Assembly (NCBI GenBank): GCA_964016885.1
Contig: OZ024754.1
Span: 7,626,001 to 7,690,000 of the forward strand
DNA length: 64,000 nucleotides
DNA from: Eledone cirrhosa
Lineage: Eukaryota
Direction of reading: 5' to 3'
Numbering within the stretch: position 1 is the first letter of the stretch; every line of letters begins with the position of its first letter. The notes below the pieces were generated by a model that was not told the origin of the DNA, ran no database searches, and saw nothing but the letters and a program-made list of their open reading frames with translations. Positions 56,231 to 64,000 of the stretch are shown piece by piece. The position numbers and the translations under genes were made by a program.

Positions 56231-56552
56231 ACAAAATTTGTTTTATAAATAGTGACATACCCAGGAATCAGAGCTTAACAGTTCAGGTTCCGTTTGGGTA
56301 TGTCATTATTTATAAAACATTTTGTATTTTATCTGATGAGGGCGTACCAAATAGAATAAATATGGTTTTATAAATATAGTTTCCATGTTTTATAAATATG
56401 GTTTTATAAATATAGTTATTAATATCATTGATATTATACTCAAGAAAAACTGTCTAGTGCTTCGAATCTGTTATAAATATTTTTGTCGAATTACCAACAA
56501 ATTAAATAATATATATATATATATATTATATAATAAACAACACAATATATTT

Positions 56553-56624
56553 ATTCCATTACCCAAGGTTTCGCGAAATTAGACGGTTCTAACACAAACG
56601 TCTGCTTCGTTCATCAGATGAAAT
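56553..56624 (-). ncRNA. Type I hammerhead in fold-back element 56525-56755
   Basis: ATTTCAT-CTGATGA-ACGAAGCAGACG...CGTCTAATTTCGC-GAAA-CC-TTG-GG-TA-ATGGAAT; GTTCT...AGAAC hairpin in the tail. Confidence 0.78.
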
Positions 56625-56756
56625 ATATGTTATAAGATAAATATTTCATCTGATGAAACTTGGGTAATGGAATAATTATATTGTGTTGTTTATTATATAA
56701 TTACAGAGTTCTGGACTATACATAGAACACTTTCCTTTCCTTTACCTTTTCTGTGG

Positions 56757-56840
<84 letters not shown>

Positions 56841-56881
56841 TGAGCTCAGCTGTCGGGGTCTTACTTGTTCCTATATATATA

Positions 56882-57180
56882 TATAGTGAAAAGATAACAA
56901 GGACGATTGGTTACTCCTTCATTATATTTATTGGTTTGTGACGCGCATTCGGCCACTGATCATATCAAGGTTCGATCTGTATCGATCTTAACCGACTGTA
57001 ATCTGCGGCTCGTCGGACACCTTGTAATGCTAGTAGAAAATAATGAAAGAGTAACCAATCGTCCTTGTTATCTTTTCACTATAATACACTCTGTCTAGCT
57101 CTACACCTCGACACAGAAGTAAACCTAAACATCGAGTGGCCACCCGGTTGAACCTACAGTAACTCCAAGTTACACTCCCT

Positions 57181-57183
<3 letters not shown>
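56882..57183 (+). mobile_element. Fold-back element with degenerate hammerhead-like centre
   Basis: ~44-bp arms 56882-56925 and 57040-57083; minus strand TTGATAT-GATCAGTGGCC-GAAT-GCGC-GTC..AATAAA; CACTC...TCGAGTG tail; deleted relative at ~59315-59375. Confidence 0.6.
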
Positions 57184-57221
<38 letters not shown>

Positions 57222-57225
<4 letters not shown>

Positions 57226-57475
57226 CTTCACCGACCAGTCTGTCGGGCGCCAATCGGTGCCGCTGGTCACAGCACGTCGTTCTGTTTTAGCCATAAGATA
57301 ACGCCATCCCAGTGGCTGGGCGGGCAGGCCGGTTCTCATTTCTACAGCTGAGTAAACTAGAGCAACGTGAAATAAAGTGCTTTGATCAAGGAAACAACAC
57401 ATCACCCGGTCCGGGAATTGAACTCACAACCTTTCGATTGCAAGCCCAATGCTCTAACCACTAAGCCATGCGCCT
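57222..57475 (-). mobile_element. tRNA-derived CORE-like SINE (second family), near full length
   Basis: GGCGCATGGCTTAGTGG (A-box), GAGTTCAATTCC (B-box), CCTTGATCAAAGCACTT (CORE-like); decayed relatives at ~45340-45950 and ~52730-53060. Confidence 0.8.
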
Positions 57476-57493
57476 ATAAATATATATATATAT

Positions 57494-57826
57494 AACCTGT
57501 TGGTTTTCATTTCAATTTATTATAATTTCCCGGTTAATTGGTTAGTTCGATGACCAGATGGTTGTTTATATATATTGTCAAAGCTCTTTTGTCACACATT
57601 CTTTGACCTCCTCTGTGAATAGGTTTTTTTATTTTGTGTCTCTCACCTTTGTTCTGTCCTACACCATCTTGTTTATCCAACCAAGCGGAAATTTATAATA
57701 AATTGAAGTGAAAACCAACAGGTGCGTGTGTTTATATTGCAACATGACCCTCCCAAAGTATAACACTTTCTGTTTCAACACACATTTTTAGATAGGAAAT
57801 CTCGCAAAACAAATTCAAAAACGAAT
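57494..57826 (+). mobile_element. Degenerate copy of the 37716-38248 fold-back family
   Basis: Shares GTCAAAG.TCTTTTGTCACACATTCT and GCAACATGACCCTCCCAAAGTATAAC; core mutated. Confidence 0.7.
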
Positions 57827-58713
57827 TATATATATATGTGTGTGTGTGTGTGTGTCTTTACACATATAAACACGCATATCTAATGGGATGTCGAAAAAGA
57901 GTCGGGCCCCGAAACAATTGTAATATGCCAATACATTTGTACATATGCTGCAACACTGACTTCGATTCCACTTAATATATTTACACGCTGCACACTAAAG
58001 CCTCCCTACTTCTGGAATACAACCCAACACGAGACGGACCTCGTAACAACATTGAGTGCTTCGAACAGCGCGCTTCCTGTAAATGTAGTTTCACACCTAA
58101 CATATATTCTTTTATTTATAAATAGTCTTTTGTTAATCCTAATATCCGTATTGCAAATACGACAAAATCATAGCATATTGTCTTAATGATGTGTGTTAGT
58201 GAGATAATATGTAGATATAAATATTGATATATAATAGGAACATTTATGAACACATTGCATTCTTTATTTTGCTGCGGTCTTATATGTTATAGATGTTAAA
58301 AACAAACAATAATACATATGATAATATATCGAAGTATTTATATTAATATTTTTCTGTGATGTTACATGTGATAGATAATTGGTGCCGAGAGAATTTGAGG
58401 TTTGCCGTTTTCCATTAGTTTTTTTCTATTTCTATTCCGTTCTAAAAAGAAAGTATCGAATTTGTAATTAATTGATTTTGTTGGGTTTTTTTATCGATTC
58501 GTGACTTTACTTTATTTGTTTATTATTTACTTGTTTCTTCGTGTGTTGTGGGGTTTGTTTTTATTCGTAAATTGCGTCTACATTTTGTTAAAACTCATAA
58601 TCTTGCCTAACAATCACTTATATAAGCAAATATTTTCTGTGTTAGCAATTATTTTATTATTATTGTTATTATGTATTCTCAGCAGTTTCAGTGAGTCACA
58701 ATGATCAGAATAC

Positions 58714-58759
58714 ACAATCTTGATAAGGAGCAAAACACTCCGAAACTAATGTCGATTGT
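58714..58759 (+). ncRNA. Hammerhead ribozyme, U3-A8 core variant
   Basis: ACAATC-TTGATAA-GGAG-CAAAACA-CTCC-GAAA-CTAATG-TC-GATTGT; perfect stems I and II, GUC triplet. Confidence 0.75.
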
Positions 58760-58969
58760 TTTGTCTCAGCTACTGCTGGAACAAAAGGATGACATTGTAA
58801 TCTGACATGTGATGTTAATGAGGCTGTCTGCTTGCAAATAAACCGAATATTAATAATAATATATTATTACAATATCATTATTGTTCATTCACGAATAAAT
58901 TTAGGTATCCACCTTGTTAAGAACGAAAACAAATTTTGGTGTGTGTGTGTGGGGGGGGGGGTGTAATAA

Positions 58970-59248
58970 TGATTTCTTATATAGGCACAAGGCCAGTAAT
59001 TGTGGGGGAGGAGAAAGTCGATTAAATCGACGCCACTGCGTGACTGGTACTTTATTTTATCGACCCCGTAAGGATGAAAGGCAAAGTTAACCTCGGCGAG
59101 ATTTGAACTCACAATGGCAAGGGCCGTAACTCTAAGCGTCAAAGCATGGCGGCCGACCCTGTACCGATACTGCCAATACCCTCAATAATAATAATTGTTT
59201 CTACTTTAGGCACAAGGCCAGCAATTACCCAGTGCATTACTGGTACTC
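58970..59248 (-). mobile_element. Main-family SINE (long variant) plus 3' fragment
   Basis: Family consensus with GGGGAGGAGAAAGTCGATTAAATCGAC insert, as at ~31920. Confidence 0.9.
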
Positions 59249-59375
59249 AATAATAATAATAACAATAAGAAGAATAAGAAGAATAAGAATAAGAAGAATA
59301 ATGCAAGGCTGAATGGTTACTCCTTCATTACGTTTATTGGTGAACCTACAGTAACTCCGCGTTACACTCCCTGGA

Positions 59376-59386
59376 TATATATATAT

Positions 59387-59422
<36 letters not shown>

Positions 59423-59723
59423 TTATATATATATATCTTTATATATATATATCTTTATATATATATATATATCTTTATATATATATATATATATATATAT
59501 CTTTATATATATATATATCTTTATATATATATATCTTTATATATATATATATATCTTTATATATATATATATCTTTATATATATATATCTTTATATATAT
59601 ATATATCTTTATATATATATATCTTTATATATATATATATCTTTATATATATATATCTTTATATATATATATATATCTTTATATATATATATTTTTATAT
59701 ATATATATATCTTTATATATATA
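59376..59723. repeat. (TA)n-CTT minisatellite, followed by a SINE 3' fragment (59725-59812)
   Basis: Direct inspection. Confidence 0.95.
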
Positions 59724-60545
59724 TAATTGTTTCTACGTTAGGCACAAGGGCAGCAATTACCCAGTGTATTACTAGTACTTTATTTTATCGACCCCGTAAG
59801 GATGAAAGGCAATAATACCGAAACGAAGTCATCGGTTAATACCGAAAAATCTTCGATCGTTTTCCCACTCACTCAAAGCTTTAATTAAGCCAATATCATT
59901 TAAGATACCAACCCAAAGGAAGAGTGCACGCTAATACGTGTAGGTAGATAATTAGATTCCCGCGTCCCAGACTAATGCATTAGTTTCCACTGCTCCATCG
60001 TGCACCACGAGTAGTTTCATCGGTGAGGAATATTAGACTCTTCGGTACAGGTCAGTGCTAGCCTACTGTCTTGGTTTAAAGACGCCATTACAATAGTAAT
60101 CTCTCCTCTCAGTGTCACGTAACAGTGATTAGGATGTAAGAAAGTACCTGCTATTCCAAAGACCACGTTGGCACATTTTGTTCCAAATTAACTAAGAAAA
60201 ATTGAACCAAGAATTACTCGACCAGGGTTTCCAAGACAATATATATATATTACTAATGCTTTCACTAAGATTTGGCTCATCGGTTCTCGTGTAAAGAGAA
60301 ATGTCTAAAACATAAAACGCCCATAAAATGTTTAATGATTTCATGAACAGACACACTTATTTAACTGATTTTAATCTTGGAATGAAAAAAAAAAGCAAAA
60401 CTAAACGTTGAAATATACACAGCTGCTTTCATATTATTTTGTTGTTGACGTTATTATTATTGTTTTTATTATTATTATTATTGTTATTGTTGTTTATTTA
60501 TTTTAAATAAATAAATACATAATAATAGTAATAATAATAAGAAGA

Positions 60546-60693
60546 ATAGTTTCTACGTTTGGCACAAGGCCAGCAATTTACTGGTACTTCATTTTATCGA
60601 CCCCTTAAGGATGAAAGGCAAAGTTAACCTCGGTGGGATTTGAACTCAGACCATAAAGGGCCGCAACTCTTTGCTACAAATCATGGCGTCTGA
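60546..60693 (-). mobile_element. Main-family SINE, truncated
   Basis: Family consensus. Confidence 0.88.
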
Positions 60694-60918
60694 CAATAAT
60701 TAAAAACAATATTAATGACGTAGTAGTATCTATATGCAGGGACATGCATATATATATTTGTAATATACATGCACTCACGTTTTAATAAATTATTTATGTA
60801 TTTGATTTCCTGTAGATGCTTTCATGGTTTCTATCTACTCGTAATGCTAGTAATAAATAAAAAAAATAAGAAATAAAGAAATAAAGAAACCATTATTACT
60901 ATTATTATTACTGTCAAG

Positions 60919-61227
60919 GGCGGTGGTGGATTGGCAGTATCGATAGAGAGTCGGACACCATGCTTTGAAGCATAGAGTTACGTCCCTTTATGATCTGAGT
61001 TCAAATCCCCCTGAGGTTAACTCTGCGTTTCATCCTTACGGGGTCGATGAAATAAAGTACCAGTAATGTACTGGGTAATTGCTGACCTTGTGCCCAAAAT
61101 AGAAATAATTATTACTATCAATCCCGCCGAGGTTAACTTTGCCTTTCATCCTTACGGGGTCGATAAAATAAAGTACCAGTAATGGACTGGGATAATTGTT
61201 GGCCTTGTTCCCAACGTAGAAACAATT
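60919..61227 (+). mobile_element. Main-family SINE plus tandem 3' half
   Basis: Full copy to ~61110, second partial copy 61120-61227; enclosed by an inverted duplication of flanking DNA. Confidence 0.9.
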
Positions 61228-61320
61228 ATTACTATCATTACGAGTAGATAGAAATCATGAAAGCATCTACAGGAAATCAAATAAATAAATAATTTATTAA
61301 AACGTCACTGCATGCATATT

Positions 61321-61374
<54 letters not shown>

Positions 61375-61846
61375 GCGTGTCCTTGCATGTAGATACTACT
61401 GACATCACACACACATTTCATATGTATGTATGTATGTATGTATATATGTATGTATATATTGGTCAGAACATGTGTAAGTTTTAATTAAATTTAATTAAAT
61501 TTAATCTCATAAAAACAGCAATTATCTTACGATTACTTAAGAATTTTTTAGATTATTCTTAAATTTTAAATTACGTTTATCTATGTAAATGTTATCTTTA
61601 AATATATACACCTGTGGTAAATATTTTTGTTTGCATGTAAATATTTTCCAGTTATGTAATTTTTCATACTGATAAATAGAAAAATAGAAATGAATATTCG
61701 ATTACTATGGCTGTGTGAGGAAAGTATTTGTTTAAAAACCACCTGGTTACGGTTTCAGTATCATTAGGTGACTTCTTTCATAGTTGTGCTCTTCAACAGC
61801 CTCCAGTTTACCGATTCCTTGGTAAACGAAAACTGTATGGAAAACC

Positions 61847-61883
<37 letters not shown>

Positions 61884-62129
61884 AATAGGATTTCGCTTCA
61901 AGCATAGCGTTATACAAATATGTATAGAGATTTTGTATTTCTAAAGACAGGTTGCAAGCGGTGGGAGAGACCTTCTTGATGAAGGTCAGTCAAGCCGGAA
62001 GTGCATCGACGGTTATCCTCTTTGCTTCTGCTGGACACCATCAGAGGGCGTTACCCCCGGTGTTTGCGTATCTACGGCTTTCTAAATCTTTCCTGTAAAC
62101 ATACAGTGTTTATTTAGAAATACGAAATT

Positions 62130-62922
<793 letters not shown>

Positions 62923-63560
62923 ATAAAATATTAAACAAATAATGAACAAACAATTCCTTATATTAAACAAAAAAAGTTCACTATTTAACGATCGTTTCTA
63001 GGGTACATATGTGTTATAATTGGTATGCATATTTAACAGATCTATGTACAAAATTATACAAAATTATACAAATTATCAAGATTAAATATACATACCTAAC
63101 TCATATATACGCCGTCTTCAGAAATAATGAAGTATATTTATTGATAATAACAACAATTCAAAATATCAGTTCAAAATTGACCAATGAAAACACAAAGGGT
63201 TATCAATAAATATACTTCATTATTTCTGAAGACGGCGTATATATGAGTTAGGTATGTATATTTAATCTTGATAATTTGTATAATTTTGTATAATTTTGTA
63301 CATAGATCTGTTAAATATGCATACCAATTATAACACATATGTACCCTAGAAACGATCGTTAAATAGTGAACTTTTTTTGTTTAATATAAGGAATTGTTTG
63401 TTCATTATTTGTTTAATATTTTATCTTGACTCTGTATACCATTTATCTTTCACCGAAATTGGATTTTCATTACATCTCTTCTTTCCATGATATCCGGAAT
63501 ACATTGAGTTCTTCATACGGATTGGACACTACCGTAAACTCTTGGTAGATTTATCTACAT
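62923..63560. mobile_element. Young fold-back PLE-like element with 225-bp apparently perfect inverted arms
   Basis: 62923-63147 is the reverse complement of 63200-63424; 52-bp spacer; tail GACTC...TTGAGTT; (TA)n on both sides. Confidence 0.88.
63216..63370 (+). ncRNA. Type I hammerhead with ~116-nt stem II (mirror copy 62977-63131 on -)
   Basis: TTCATTATTT-CTGAAGA-[116-nt long hairpin]-GAAA-CGATCG-TT-AAATAGTGAA; 10-bp stem I, palindromic stem III, GUU triplet. Confidence 0.78.
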
Positions 63561-63563
63561 ATG

Positions 63564-63594
<31 letters not shown>

Positions 63595-63599
63595 GTATG

Positions 63600-63648
<49 letters not shown>

Positions 63649-63689
63649 GTATGTATATATATATATATGTGTATATATATATATATGTG

Positions 63690-63754
<65 letters not shown>

Positions 63755-63809
63755 GTGTATATATATATATGTGTATATATATATATATGTGTATATATAT
63801 ATATATGTG

Positions 63810-63872
<63 letters not shown>

Positions 63873-64000
63873 GTATATATATATATGTATATATATATGT
63901 ATATATGTGTATATATGTATATATATATGTATATATATGTATATATGTATATATATATGTATATATGTATATATATATGTATATATATGTATATATATAT
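63560..64000. repeat. (TA)n/(TG) compound microsatellite
   Basis: Direct inspection. Confidence 0.98.

Noticed and set aside
57400-57475. tRNA gene
   Set aside because: A/B boxes are present but run into a SINE body with no convincing acceptor stem; the same holds for the main SINE heads.

Overview
AT-rich, microsatellite-saturated eukaryotic (animal) DNA with no intact protein-coding gene. The SINE families resemble those I recall from octopod cephalopods; that is an inference, not a database result. Almost all ORFs in the track are artefacts of (TA)n/(CA)n repeats or SINEs. Contents: (1) more than 20 copies of one ~185-bp tRNA-derived SINE, several with clear target-site duplications, plus older CORE-like SINEs; (2) fragments of CRE-type (RLE) and RTE-type non-LTR retrotransposons; (3) hAT-, piggyBac- and pogo/Tc1-type MITEs; (4) the main signal, about 20 hammerhead-ribozyme (HHR) motifs with intact or compensated cores (CUGANGA...GAAA...UH, folded by eye) from roughly 10 unrelated sequence families. 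Most HHRs sit in short non-coding fold-back elements inserted in (TA)n, consistent with Penelope-like element (PLE) pseudo-LTR remnants or retrozyme-like elements. Across families they share an architecture: inverted arm, then sense arm, then a small ACTC...GAGT hairpin tail, and the fold-back junction often falls in a ribozyme helix; (5) a background of heavily degraded leucine-rich-repeat (TLR-ectodomain-like) coding fragments on both strands, suggesting a decayed LRR-receptor gene cluster (moderate to low confidence). All folds and translations were done by eye and coordinates are approximate to a few bases.
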